Assembly: GCA_963718615.1 (NCBI GenBank)
Contig: OY970368.1
Span: 5,696,001 to 5,760,000, forward strand
Length of the DNA: 64,000 nucleotides
Direction: 5' to 3'
Origin: an uncultured cyanobacterium
Lineage (GTDB): Bacteria > Cyanobacteriota > Cyanobacteriia > PCC-9006 > JAAUQQ01
A program made the position numbers and the translations under genes. Under the pieces are notes generated by a model, which did no database searches, had not been told where the DNA came from, and saw nothing but the letters and a program-made list of their open reading frames with translations. Of this stretch, positions 10,448 through 19,843 are shown one piece after another (position 1 is the first letter of the stretch; each line of letters starts with the position of its first letter).

Positions 10448-12265
10448 TCACCGTTTGAGGCGATCGAGATTGAGCACCGTAACACCCAGCGTCACCAGCA
10501 GCACCCCAATCCCCTGGGGCAGCGACAACGACTCAATCGAAAAAATCACGCCACCCAAGGCCACGAGCAGCGGAGCCCAACCATTAATCACGGTGGTCCA
10601 AGCGGGTCCTAGGCGCATTAAGCTGGCTGCGTTAAAGAAATACCCCAGAAACACCGTCGCACTCAAAACCAGACAGGCTAAAACATAGCCAATATCATGG
10701 CGCGGGGTAACCTGCCGCAAAAAGAACAGGGCAGGCATGGAAAACAGCCAGGCGAGGCCAAACTGGAGCACTGTCAGGGTTAGCAGATTCAGCCGTCGGG
10801 TATGGAGGCGGCTAAACAAAACGTACAGACTGAAACACAGGGCACTGATAATGCCGGGGTTAATGCCATTACTGCTGCCGCTTTGGGCCAGCAGGACCAA
10901 TCCGCCTAGACCAATGGGAAGCAGTGCCCAGAGGCTGGAGCGCGTGAGCGATCGCCCAAACAAACTCCAGCCAAAGACCTGCACCGCCGCCGGATAGACA
11001 AACAGCAATCCCACCGCCACGCTGGCCGAGGAGTTGGCGATCGCTCCATAGAGCAAAAACTGAGAGAAAAACAACAACAGGCTGCTAAAAACGAGGGACA
11101 CCAAAGGACGGCGATCGCGACTGCGGAACAACTCCTGGATTTCTTCAAGCAGCGGCGGATAAAGACCGTGGCCAATCACCAGCATGAACGGCAACACCAT
11201 CAGCATCCGAACCCAGAACGTTAACAAGGCACTGGCCCATGTGGGATCCATCAACCCCTGTTCTGCAAATTTGAGCCAGGGCACCCCATGGAAAATCACC
11301 TGAACCGTGCAATATTGCAGCGCCAGCATACAGAGCGAGCAGGCCGCGCTGACGTAGGCCGATAGCTGGGAGGGATGGGGACGGGGCAATTGAGCCATGC
11401 GAGGCGGCACTGCCACCGCCTCGGGTAAGGCAGAAGCCGTTGAAGTCGCTTCGGGTTCGGGCTCCGAAGGCTCGAAGGCGCTGGGGAGGTCAGGGGTCTC
11501 GAACGGGTCGGGAATTTCGAAGGACTGGGGGGAAGTGGGGGAGGGAGGCGTCGGGGTGACGGGGGCAGTGGGTGGGGGGGTGAGGGGAGGGCCTGGGTGG
11601 GGTGGGCCTGGATTGGAGGGCTTTCCAAAAACAATGTCTGCGGGAAAATCATTGATGGCCAGCGTCTCCGCTGGAGCCATTTCAGGGGTTTCTTCTGGAG
11701 GACCTTCAGGGGTCTCTTCCCCAACACCTAACTCCGCCACCAAACCACGACCGGACTGTGCTCCCAGAATGCTGGCGATGGAGCTGAGGCCCGAGACGTT
11801 GCTAGTCTCAGGTGCCCCTTCAAATCCCCCATCCCACCCTTGTCGCTGGGATTGCAGCAGTTGTATCCGCTGGACGAGGGTTTCCAGCAGGACCTCGCCT
11901 TGATGTTCGAGGGCTTGCATGCGCAAGAGTTGCTGGCTGAGGTCGCTTTGGTGGCGGCTGAGGTCCTGTTGGAGGGTGGCGATCGCCGTTTTCAAAAGGC
12001 TCTCAAAGCGTTCAACCTCAGCCTGGGCAGGCGCTCTTTGATCTCGCTGGAGCTGTTCAAGCTGGTTCAATTGGGTTTGAAGCTGGTCGCGATCGCCCCT
12101 AAGCTGCTGGATCTCCGTCTGGAGCTGGAGTTTTTGCGATCGCAGCGCCGTAATTTCCCCTCGCAGATCCGTTAGTACATATTCCTTTAACCCTCCCAAT
12201 TCCTGATTGAGGGTTTGCAGCAAGGTTTCCGTCAACTTCCAATTGGGATCCGCCGGAGCAGTCAT
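10448..12265 (-). CDS. SepJ/FraG-like protein: coiled coil, Pro-rich linker, DMT(EamA) permease
   Basis: N-terminal heptads including LQQDLSRHQSDLSQQLLRMQALEHQGE; Pro/Thr linker; about 10 TM segments. Confidence 0.65.
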   Translation of the reverse strand: MTAPADPNWKLTETLLQTLNQELGGLKEYVLTDLRGEITALRSQKLQLQTEIQQLRGDRDQLQTQLNQLEQLQRDQRAPAQAEVERFESLLKTAIATLQQDLSRHQSDLSQQLLRMQALEHQGEVLLETLVQRIQLLQSQRQGWDGGFEGAPETSNVSGLSSIASILGAQSGRGLVAELGVGEETPEGPPEETPEMAPAETLAINDFPADIVFGKPSNPGPPHPGPPLTPPPTAPVTPTPPSPTSPQSFEIPDPFETPDLPSAFEPSEPEPEATSTASALPEAVAVPPRMAQLPRPHPSQLSAYVSAACSLCMLALQYCTVQVIFHGVPWLKFAEQGLMDPTWASALLTFWVRMLMVLPFMLVIGHGLYPPLLEEIQELFRSRDRRPLVSLVFSSLLLFFSQFLLYGAIANSSASVAVGLLFVYPAAVQVFGWSLFGRSLTRSSLWALLPIGLGGLVLLAQSGSSNGINPGIISALCFSLYVLFSRLHTRRLNLLTLTVLQFGLAWLFSMPALFFLRQVTPRHDIGYVLACLVLSATVFLGYFFNAASLMRLGPAWTTVINGWAPLLVALGGVIFSIESLSLPQGIGVLLVTLGVTVLNLDRLKR

Positions 12266-12277
12266 TAGCTCAGGCTC

Positions 12278-13234
12278 CTAGAGTGAGGTGCTCGGCTGGG
12301 AATTGAGCGACACACTATCGGGCAGGGTGTGGCGCTGAGGTAGACCATTCCCATTGCTAGGGACCTGTGACAAGCTAGGCAGATGGTGCATCCGCACGAG
12401 CTGCGTCAACGTCTTTTTCATCTGGGTACGCGGCACGATCAGGTCCACAAAGCCATGCTGGAGCAAATATTCTGCTGTTTGGAAATCGTCCGGCAGTTTC
12501 TCCCGCAGCGTCTGCTCAATCACCCGCCGCCCCGCAAAGGCAATCATCGCCTTGGGCTCCGCCACGATCAGATCTCCGAGCATGGCAAAGCTCGCCGTTA
12601 CCCCGCCCGTGGTGGGGTGGGTCAACACAGGAATATAGAGTAGCCTTGCCTCTCGGTGTCGTTCCAAGGCTCCCGAGATTTTGGCCATTTGCATGAGGCT
12701 GAGCATGCCTTCCTGCATCCGGGCTCCCCCCGACGCACAAACCACAATCACGGGCAATTGCTCGGCGGTGGCTTGTTCAATCAAGCGGGTGAGTTTTTCG
12801 CCAACCACGGAGCCCATGCTGCCCCCCATAAAGCGAAAGTCCATCACCGCCAGGGCAACGGGTTCACCGTCCATTTGGCCCAGCCCCGTTTGGATGGAAT
12901 CGGTAAGTCCTGTTTTGGATTGGGTATCACGGAGGCGATCGGCGTAGGCTTTGCGATCACGAAACTCCAGCGGATCCACCGGCTTCACCTGGGCATTGAT
13001 CGCCCCCCAGGTGCCCGCATCAATCAGTTGCTCAATCCGCTCGTCGCTAAAAATACGGATGTGGTGGCTGCATTCCAAGCAAACCATCTGATTAGCGCGC
13101 AAATCCTTGGTATAGGTCAGCACCCCACAGGCTTCGCATTTGGTCCATAATCCATCGGAGATATCTCGTTCCGGTTGGACTTGTTGGGTGGGTTCTGCCT
13201 TGCGGCGATTTGCGAACCAATCTAATAGAGACAT
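12278..13234 (-). CDS. accD: Acetyl-CoA carboxylase carboxyltransferase beta subunit
   Basis: GLWTKC zinc finger, [22 protein letters not shown]. Confidence 0.97.
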   Translation of the reverse strand: MSLLDWFANRRKAEPTQQVQPERDISDGLWTKCEACGVLTYTKDLRANQMVCLECSHHIRIFSDERIEQLIDAGTWGAINAQVKPVDPLEFRDRKAYADRLRDTQSKTGLTDSIQTGLGQMDGEPVALAVMDFRFMGGSMGSVVGEKLTRLIEQATAEQLPVIVVCASGGARMQEGMLSLMQMAKISGALERHREARLLYIPVLTHPTTGGVTASFAMLGDLIVAEPKAMIAFAGRRVIEQTLREKLPDDFQTAEYLLQHGFVDLIVPRTQMKKTLTQLVRMHHLPSLSQVPSNGNGLPQRHTLPDSVSLNSQPSTSL

Positions 13235-13402
13235 TGCAACGCCTCCCTGGCCTGCGTTTAGGAAGTAAAGAATAAGGGGTCCTAGGGGATTGACCCTAAA
13301 CCCGAATTCATCCTACCAGTTTGGCGGAAGGGGCTTGAGGTTCAGTCGCGCTTGTCCTCTAAAACTTCTTGTTTACGTTCGTCTTAAAAAATTTTCAAAA
13401 CC

Positions 13403-14251
13403 TCAACCTGGGGAAGCGCTGGGAAAGAAAAAACTGAGATAAAGCTGGATCAAACTCGGTCCCCACAGCGCGCTCACCGTAGCACCCAGAGCCAAAAAGG
13501 GACCAAAAGGGATTTGCTGTTTGCGATGGAGCAGGCCCAAGGCCATGCCACCAATACCCACCAGAGAACCGGCTAAACAAGCCAGAAATCCACCCAGAAG
13601 CAATAGTTTCCAACCCAGCCAAGCCCCCATCATCGCCGCCAACTTGGCATCTCCACCGCCCATGGCCGTTTGCCCCAAGGCTGCGGAGCCAAACCAATTA
13701 ATCAAGGTCAAGAGCCAAATTCCGAGCACCGCTGCTCCGATCCCCCGCATTAGCCCTAAGGCCCAATTTCCCTGCAACGCGCCCAACCCAGTCTGAAAAA
13801 TCAATCCCAAAACTAAACCGGATTGGGTCAAGGAATTGGGAAGGGTCAAGGTGTCGAGGTCAATCAAGGAGAGCGCCAGCAGCCAGCTAACCAGCAGCCA
13901 GTAGCCCAGTGTCATCCAGGAAAAACCCGTAACCGCAAACACTAAAACGAACAGCAAGCCCGTGCTCAGCTCTACCAGGGGATAGCGAATCGAAATTGAG
14001 GCGCGACAATGGGCACAACGTCCTTTAAGTCGCAACCAGCCTAAAACTGGAATGTTTTCAGTGGGACCAAGCCGATGCTCGCAACGGGGACAGCGAGAGG
14101 GGGGATGGATGAGGGAAAGTCCCTCGGGCAGTCGATAGACAACTACATTGAGAAAGCTGCCGATGGCTGCACCCAATATCAATACAAGCAGCAAGGGGAG
14201 AGAGGCGATCGCCCGATACCCCCAAATTTGCACCAGAGTGATCAAATCCAT
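13403..14251 (-). CDS. pilD: Type IV prepilin peptidase
   Basis: GSFLNVVVYRLP, two CxxC pairs, MGGGDAKL, IPFGPFL. Confidence 0.95.
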   Translation of the reverse strand: MDLITLVQIWGYRAIASLPLLLVLILGAAIGSFLNVVVYRLPEGLSLIHPPSRCPRCEHRLGPTENIPVLGWLRLKGRCAHCRASISIRYPLVELSTGLLFVLVFAVTGFSWMTLGYWLLVSWLLALSLIDLDTLTLPNSLTQSGLVLGLIFQTGLGALQGNWALGLMRGIGAAVLGIWLLTLINWFGSAALGQTAMGGGDAKLAAMMGAWLGWKLLLLGGFLACLAGSLVGIGGMALGLLHRKQQIPFGPFLALGATVSALWGPSLIQLYLSFFFPSASPG

Positions 14252-14298
14252 GAGCCTTGGTCCTTCACTGCTTGACCCATCAGCGTTTTCGTCAGAGT

Positions 14299-14577
14299 TT
14301 AGTACAGCTCAGACTGAATTTGCTCAAACGGAATAAAGCATTCTTGGGGCAACAAAATCGGCTTGCGACCAAAGATCAGCTTGCCGCGATGGTTATAACG
14401 ATTCAAGGCGACCCCCATGGGACGCTGAGTTACGTCGGGATGAGCCTCATAGAAGGAGCGATAAATCTGTCTCGCGGCTCGCAGAAGGGCAGGGTCCAAA
14501 AGATTGGGAACTCCTCTGTAGCTGGCGGCTGACTGCTCGAAGTTTTCCATGGTCAGGGGCGGTGCTGCGTATACCAC
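14299..14577 (-). CDS. Hypothetical protein
   Basis: Clean 92-aa ORF co-oriented upstream of pilD. Confidence 0.65.
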   Translation of the reverse strand: MVYAAPPLTMENFEQSAASYRGVPNLLDPALLRAARQIYRSFYEAHPDVTQRPMGVALNRYNHRGKLIFGRKPILLPQECFIPFEQIQSELY

Positions 14578-15099
14578 GAATTTAAACCCTCGTCCTGTAA
14601 TTCGCCTTAAACCGGAAATCTCAGCCCTAGAGCCCTAGGGCATATCCCGGTTGTGAACGATAGCCTATCATTTCCTCCTAGAAAGGTAATACTCGGTAAT
14701 CACTGACTTCTAGAACCCTTAATTTCCAAGAGTTTGAAGAGAATTCAGGGATCTTGCGATGGCCCCTACCCCTGCAAGGGGGTGGCAGGTCATTTTTGCC
14801 GATGGTCATCCCCCCACAATTGAGGGGTGGATATGCCAATTCTTAGGTTGATTTGATTATAGTACTTACGCATTAATTTTATCCAGACTCCAGACTCAAA
14901 CCCGGTTGGCGGCTCTAGGTCTTACCCTACCGGATCGAGAGGGAGGGTCTGAGAAATGGCCTAGTTTATTCTACGGAGATATTAAAATTTTGATTTTTCC
15001 GGTAGAAATTTCCGGACAAGCCATGGGCATGATCGGGTCGAGAACCGCTGGATGGGTCGGGACAAGAGATTGTCTTGCCCCAACGCGAAATGGCCTTTC

Positions 15100-16185
15100 C
15101 TAGTTTTTCAAAGCTGCTAACAGAGCTTCGCCCATGGCCTTGCAGCCCACGGACTGCATGCCTTCTGACATCAGATCGCCTGTGCGGTAGCCTGCGTCTA
15201 GAACTTGCATGACCGCCTGTTCAATTTGGGTCGCCGCTGCCGGTTGATTGAGGCCATAGCGCAGCATCATGGCAGTGCTGAGCACCTGGGCTAGGGGGTT
15301 GGCTTTGTCCTGTCCGGCAATGTCGGGGGCGGAGCCATGGACCGGCTCAAATAGGCCAGGACCGTTGGAACCAAGGCTGGCGGAGGGCAACATGCCGATG
15401 CTGCCGGTGAGCATGGCGGCGATATCCGAGAGAATGTCGCCAAACAAATTGCCGGTGACGATGGTGTCGAATTGTTTGGGGGCGCGGACGAGCTGCATGG
15501 CGGCATTATCAACGTAGAGGTGGCTGAGTTCCACGTCGGGGTATTCGGGGGCGAGGGCGGTGATGCGATCGCGCCACAACTGCGACACTTCCAGCACATT
15601 AGCCTTATCGACGGAACACAGTTTTTTGCCCCGCTTCTGAGCGGTCTCAAAGGCCACGCGACCAATGCGATCGATTTCCGAGACCTTATAGGCCATCGTA
15701 TTCACCCCGCGCTGCTCCCCAGATTCCGTCGCAAACACGCCCTTGGGTTCCCCAAAGTAAATGCCGCCGGTCAGCTCCCGTACCACCATCAGATCTACGC
15801 CTTCCACCACGTCGCGCTTGAGACTAGAGGCATCGACAAGCTGGGGTAAAATCGTTGCAGGGCGCAGATTCGCAAAGAGTTCGAGGCCCGCCCGTAGGCC
15901 CAAGAGGCCGGTCTCGGGGCGTTGGCTACGGGGCAAGTTATCCCACTTGTATCCGCCGATGGCTGCCAGCAACACCGCGTCACTGGCACGGCAGGTCGAG
16001 AGCGTTTCCTCCGGCAAGGGTGACCCTGTGGCATCGATCGCCGCCCCGCCCAACAGCGCCTCGGTAAATTCAAAGGCGAGGTCATGCTGTTGACCCACGA
16101 GGTTCAGGACATCAACAGCCACGGCCATAATTTCGGGGCCAATGCCGTCGCCGGGGAGGAGGGTAATGCGATAGGTCTGGGACAT
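15100..16185 (-). CDS. leuB: 3-isopropylmalate dehydrogenase
   Basis: [42 protein letters not shown]. Confidence 0.98.
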   Translation of the reverse strand: MSQTYRITLLPGDGIGPEIMAVAVDVLNLVGQQHDLAFEFTEALLGGAAIDATGSPLPEETLSTCRASDAVLLAAIGGYKWDNLPRSQRPETGLLGLRAGLELFANLRPATILPQLVDASSLKRDVVEGVDLMVVRELTGGIYFGEPKGVFATESGEQRGVNTMAYKVSEIDRIGRVAFETAQKRGKKLCSVDKANVLEVSQLWRDRITALAPEYPDVELSHLYVDNAAMQLVRAPKQFDTIVTGNLFGDILSDIAAMLTGSIGMLPSASLGSNGPGLFEPVHGSAPDIAGQDKANPLAQVLSTAMMLRYGLNQPAAATQIEQAVMQVLDAGYRTGDLMSEGMQSVGCKAMGEALLAALKN

Positions 16186-16282
16186 GGTTTGTTTTTGCGT
16201 AAATCAGGCATTGACCAGGATACGCAGAAACGTGGTTCAAGGAAATGGCGCGGATAGAGCCCAATCCTCCTGTCGGAGGAAT

Positions 16283-16855
16283 CTAAGCCTGGAGCGGCAG
16301 CATTGCTTCAACGTTGAACTCGCAGTCAGGAAAGGCGAGCGGTGCGAGGGCTTCGAGCGGTTCCAAAATCAAATGTTGCTGATAACTCTGCTCCGTGGGT
16401 TGACGAAAAACGTGGAGCTGACGCTGGTTCACATCCAGCACCCAGTAATCGGCAATGCCGGAGCGGGCATAGGCCAGTGCTTTCTCGCCAGTGTCGTATT
16501 TAAAGGTTCGATCTGACACTTCCACCAACAAAAATACATCCTCCGGTCGAGGATGATGCTCAATATAATCCAGAGGGTCGGGTACGACGACGGCAATGTC
16601 TGGCTCGGGTTCCGAGTAATCGTTGAGCTGCACTGGGTCTTGGATCCTGACTTGTGCGCGATCGCCACCAAGACGCTGGTCAAAGAGGCGGCGGGTTCTT
16701 TGGGTTCCAGCGCTATGAGCGGTTCCTTTTGCTGCCATGCGTCGCAGTTGTCCATCTAACAGTTCGATCCGTTCATCGGGCTGAAAAATTCCGGCCTCCG
16801 CCATGCGGTGGTAGTCATCAACGCTCAGGGGACGCAGGGCAACGGTGGCGACCAT
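16283..16855 (-). CDS. Uma2 (DUF820) family endonuclease
   Basis: DYHRMAEAG, IELLDG, EPEPD, LLVEVSD, K..AY...GIADYWVLD. Confidence 0.9.
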   Translation of the reverse strand: MVATVALRPLSVDDYHRMAEAGIFQPDERIELLDGQLRRMAAKGTAHSAGTQRTRRLFDQRLGGDRAQVRIQDPVQLNDYSEPEPDIAVVVPDPLDYIEHHPRPEDVFLLVEVSDRTFKYDTGEKALAYARSGIADYWVLDVNQRQLHVFRQPTEQSYQQHLILEPLEALAPLAFPDCEFNVEAMLPLQA

Positions 16856-16957
16856 AGCAATTTGGGGTTCAAGAATTTTTGTCGAAGGTTGGACGATGGG
16901 GGTCTGGGTTCAGTTTAGCGCTTTGCCTCTGGCCTCATCCAGATTGGATAGAAAATC

Positions 16958-16980
16958 GGGGTTTAGCATTGCTAAACCCC
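16958..16980. repeat. Perfect palindrome GGGGTTTAGCA-T-TGCTAAACCCC (REP-like or terminator downstream of petL)
   Basis: 11-bp inverted repeat seen directly. Confidence 0.6.
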
Positions 16981-17017
16981 TTGTCGGTGGCGATCGCCCC
17001 AGATCCAAGCCTGCTGC

Positions 17018-17110
17018 CTAGATCAGCTTTACCGCCCGCAAACCAAACAACAGACCCACTGCTGTCGTAAATGCTGCACCCAAAACCACAAAATATAGAA
17101 CAACGCCCAT
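17018..17110 (-). CDS. petL: Cytochrome b6f complex subunit 6
   Basis: Manual translation MGVVLYFVVLGAAFTTAVGLLFGLRAVKLI*; 30 aa, single TM, characteristic GL..VKLI end; below the ORF-track cutoff. Confidence 0.85.
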   Translation of the reverse strand: MGVVLYFVVLGAAFTTAVGLLFGLRAVKLI

Positions 17111-17359
17111 GGTGTTTTCCTTAGCTGTTTTAAAGTTGCTGCATCTATTGAAGCATAATAGCGGTGCCGCCTAGAAGGTCCCCCATCGGAGTGGATCCCT
17201 TAAAAAATCATAAAAGCTTCCGCTATTGAGTTGCTGCAACATCTTCTTGGCCCAGTTATGGAACAGTGGCCCATGGAGGAACTCGCCTGAGAAGAGCGGT
17301 TTACACTGGGTGCCTGCGGCGATGGGCTAGCATGGGATTTATAAATCTCGGACCCGGTG

Positions 17360-17861
17360 ATGGTTGCTGAGTTTGCTGGATATCTAGACTTTGACTTTGT
17401 TGGTGGCGATCGCCGTTATGAGGAGGGGCGATCGCTTTATAATTCTACAGCCTGTGATTGGGCTGTTGAGGCGTTTGGCTTTGGGGGAGAGGCCGGAACA
17501 TGTGCTGTTGGCGGGGCGTCCGGGTTCGGGGAAGTCTACGACGTTGCAACGATTGTTGTTGGAGTTGGTGGAGGCTGCGCGGGCGGATGAGTCGCAGCCG
17601 ATTCCGGTTTTGGTGCAGTTGAAGGGGAGTTCTCCCATTCTGGAAGCGATCGCCAATGAGCTTGAAAAAGGCGACCTTGAATTCGATCCGAAAGAAATCA
17701 AGCGCTTATTGCGTCATAAACGGCTAATCCTGCTGCTGGATGGTGTTAATGAAATTCCAAATGATCTGCTAAGGAGGGGACTACAAGAATTCAGAAACCA
17801 CTATTCTGATATTTCGATAATTCATCAACTAAATTTCTCACTCTTTCCACTACAACTATGA
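17360..17861 (+). pseudogene. Truncated/frameshifted NACHT-type NTPase remnant
   Basis: Walker A GRPGSGKST and Walker B LLLDGVNE but only ~150 aa; a plausible N-terminus (MVAEFAGYLDF...) lies in another frame. Confidence 0.7.
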
Positions 17862-18237
17862 AAGCGATCGAAACCACCGCCACCCTCACCGAAACCGGAC
17901 AGCTCACCCTTGACCAACCCCTGACCCTGCCTCAACACAGCCGCGTCCGCATCATCGTCCTCATCCCTGAAGACGAACCGCAACCATTAGAAAATAGCAA
18001 GGGCGAACTCGAAGAAGACCCCAACAGCACCCCCCCACCGAAGACATAATCAAAGGCATCCAACAAGGCTTCCAGGAAGCACTCAGCGGTCAAACGATTT
18101 CCCTGTCAGAACTTTGGGAGGGCATTGATGCAGAAAGTGTTTATTCCAAATCCGATCGCGCAGATGTCAGCAACAAAGTCATTAAAGATGCGATCGCCCA
18201 ATACGAACGTCAGCAACAAACCGACAATGAACCATGA
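17858..18237 (+). pseudogene. RelN-like antitoxin frameshifted at a C7 tract
   Basis: MKAIETTATLTETGQLTLDQPL...; the family-like C-terminus (QEALSGQTISLSELWEGIDAE) continues in another frame after C7 at 18030-18036. Confidence 0.65.
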
Positions 18238-18662
18238 GCAATAGCCCCCACAACTCGCCCGCTTTCAACATTGGTTCCGTTGGAACACTCAACACCGGCA
18301 ATGTCACCATTCACGGCGATCAAGTTGGCATTCAGCACAACCACACAACCAGTCCTGAAATAGACGCAGCACTGAAACAGCTTCAGACCTATCTAAACTC
18401 ACTCCAAACGCAACATCCCGAGCCCTCAAGCGAGACCGAAGCCTTAGCCATCATCGATGCGGAGTTCACAGAAATCCAACGTCAGCCCGACCATAGACTG
18501 GCCACGCTTCGCCAACAACTTACTAATCCAGAAGGCCACTTCCAAGCCACCAAAGCAACCCTTGCTGAAATCGCCAAGCACTATCTCGAAGAAAGCGTTT
18601 GGTCCAAAGCCATTCTCACCTACATCGACAAACTCAGTGAAACCCCAGACCAAGGAGAATAG
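18234..18662 (+). CDS. Hypothetical protein
   Basis: 142-aa ORF; ATGA overlap with the upstream shifted frame. Confidence 0.7.
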   Translation: MSNSPHNSPAFNIGSVGTLNTGNVTIHGDQVGIQHNHTTSPEIDAALKQLQTYLNSLQTQHPEPSSETEALAIIDAEFTEIQRQPDHRLATLRQQLTNPEGHFQATKATLAEIAKHYLEESVWSKAILTYIDKLSETPDQGE

Positions 18663-18665
18663 ACC

Positions 18666-18903
18666 ATGCTAGCCACCCCCTATCCTCCCCTCGAAACCCC
18701 AGCCCACCAACCTGCCCACCTCAAACGCCTCCCCCGCATCCGCGTTGCCCAAATAGCTATGGACTACCTCACCCACGGTTCCCCCGTCTCGATTCCTCAC
18801 TCGTATGCGGGCCGAGGGGAGACTCTGAACCATGGCCGTTGCATTGTATATGGATGTCCATATTCCCCAATCTATTACCTTACAGCTCCGTCCTTTCAAG
18901 TGA
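18666..18903 (+). pseudogene. Collapsed DUF433 antitoxin / DUF5615 PIN-like toxin remnant
   Basis: PRIRVAQIAMDYL (DUF433-like start), then MAVALYMDVHIPQSITLQLRPFK* at 18832-18903 (DUF5615-like start). Confidence 0.6.
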
Positions 18904-18909
18904 GGCCCA

Positions 18910-19051
18910 TCCCAGGACATAATCCGCCCCAGCGCCACAAATCCAGATAAGATCCAGAGGCAATTGCCCGACGTTCAGCGCCCTTTTCCATGAAATCGAC
19001 GATCGCCCAGCTCAGGGACCGCTTCGAAACCGCCCTGGTCACCGCCTGTGG
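18910..19051 (+). repeat. Direct-repeat copy of argS upstream region plus first ~20 codons (matches 19764-19905)
   Basis: 137/142 identical by manual alignment. Confidence 0.97.
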
Positions 19052-19053
19052 GG

Positions 19054-19437
19054 TCAGCGAGCTACGGTGAATTGCCGTAACCATTCCACCAGAGCATCAC
19101 GGCCAGTTTCTCCTGCCGCGATCGCCAAAACAATCCTCTCCTGTTCATCCACAGCAGCACGAATCTCTCTCCCATTCAGAATTAGAAAGACCTCCATCGC
19201 CGCATGACCCGTTCGTTTGTTCCCGTCTACAAAGGGATGATTCATAATGATAGAGAATCCCAGAGCAGCCAACTTCTCAATGAGACTTGGGTAGAGATCT
19301 ACTCCTCCAAAAGCCATTTGGGGCTGAGCGATCGCCGACTCCAGAAGACCCAAATCACAGACCCCAGAAGCTCCACCCGATTGTTCAAGAATCCTGTGAT
19401 GGAGTTGTAGCACCTCCACCAACGTCAGGTAACGCAT
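19054..19437 (-). CDS. Doc/Fic family (death-on-curing) toxin
   Basis: [11 protein letters not shown] Fic motif, GLLESA. Confidence 0.92.
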   Translation of the reverse strand: MRYLTLVEVLQLHHRILEQSGGASGVCDLGLLESAIAQPQMAFGGVDLYPSLIEKLAALGFSIIMNHPFVDGNKRTGHAAMEVFLILNGREIRAAVDEQERIVLAIAAGETGRDALVEWLRQFTVAR

Positions 19438-19634
19438 TAGGCTAAGCGCTGATACAGCTCAGTATTCTTGTTTAAGACGTAATTAGTCGCATCCTGAAAA
19501 TCAGCTTGTTGCGCGCTGAGCCAGCTTTCTAAACTGGAACGCAAAAGTATATCTAAAGGAATATTTTGAGACTTCGCCAAATCCTGCAAGGCTTGTAGCC
19601 TCTCTTCTGAAAGTTCGATCGTGACAGACGCCAT
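19437..19634 (-). CDS. Antitoxin of the Doc-type TA pair
   Basis: 65 aa, TAATG-coupled to the toxin; ends [10 protein letters not shown]. Confidence 0.8.
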   Translation of the reverse strand: MASVTIELSEERLQALQDLAKSQNIPLDILLRSSLESWLSAQQADFQDATNYVLNKNTELYQRLA

Positions 19635-19843
19635 CGCAGTAACCTTCTTAGTGCCTTTCTGCCCAAATTTTAGCATCAGCACTTGCTTAGCCTATGCGCT
19701 GGATTCGCAAAGTGCTTGACCCAAGCGCCCTTCAAGAAGCCAATGCCTGTAATAACCCTCTAGTCCCAGGACATAATCCGGCCCAGCGCCACAAATCCAG
19801 ATAAGATCCAGAGGCAATTGCCCGACGTTCAGCGCCCTTTTCC

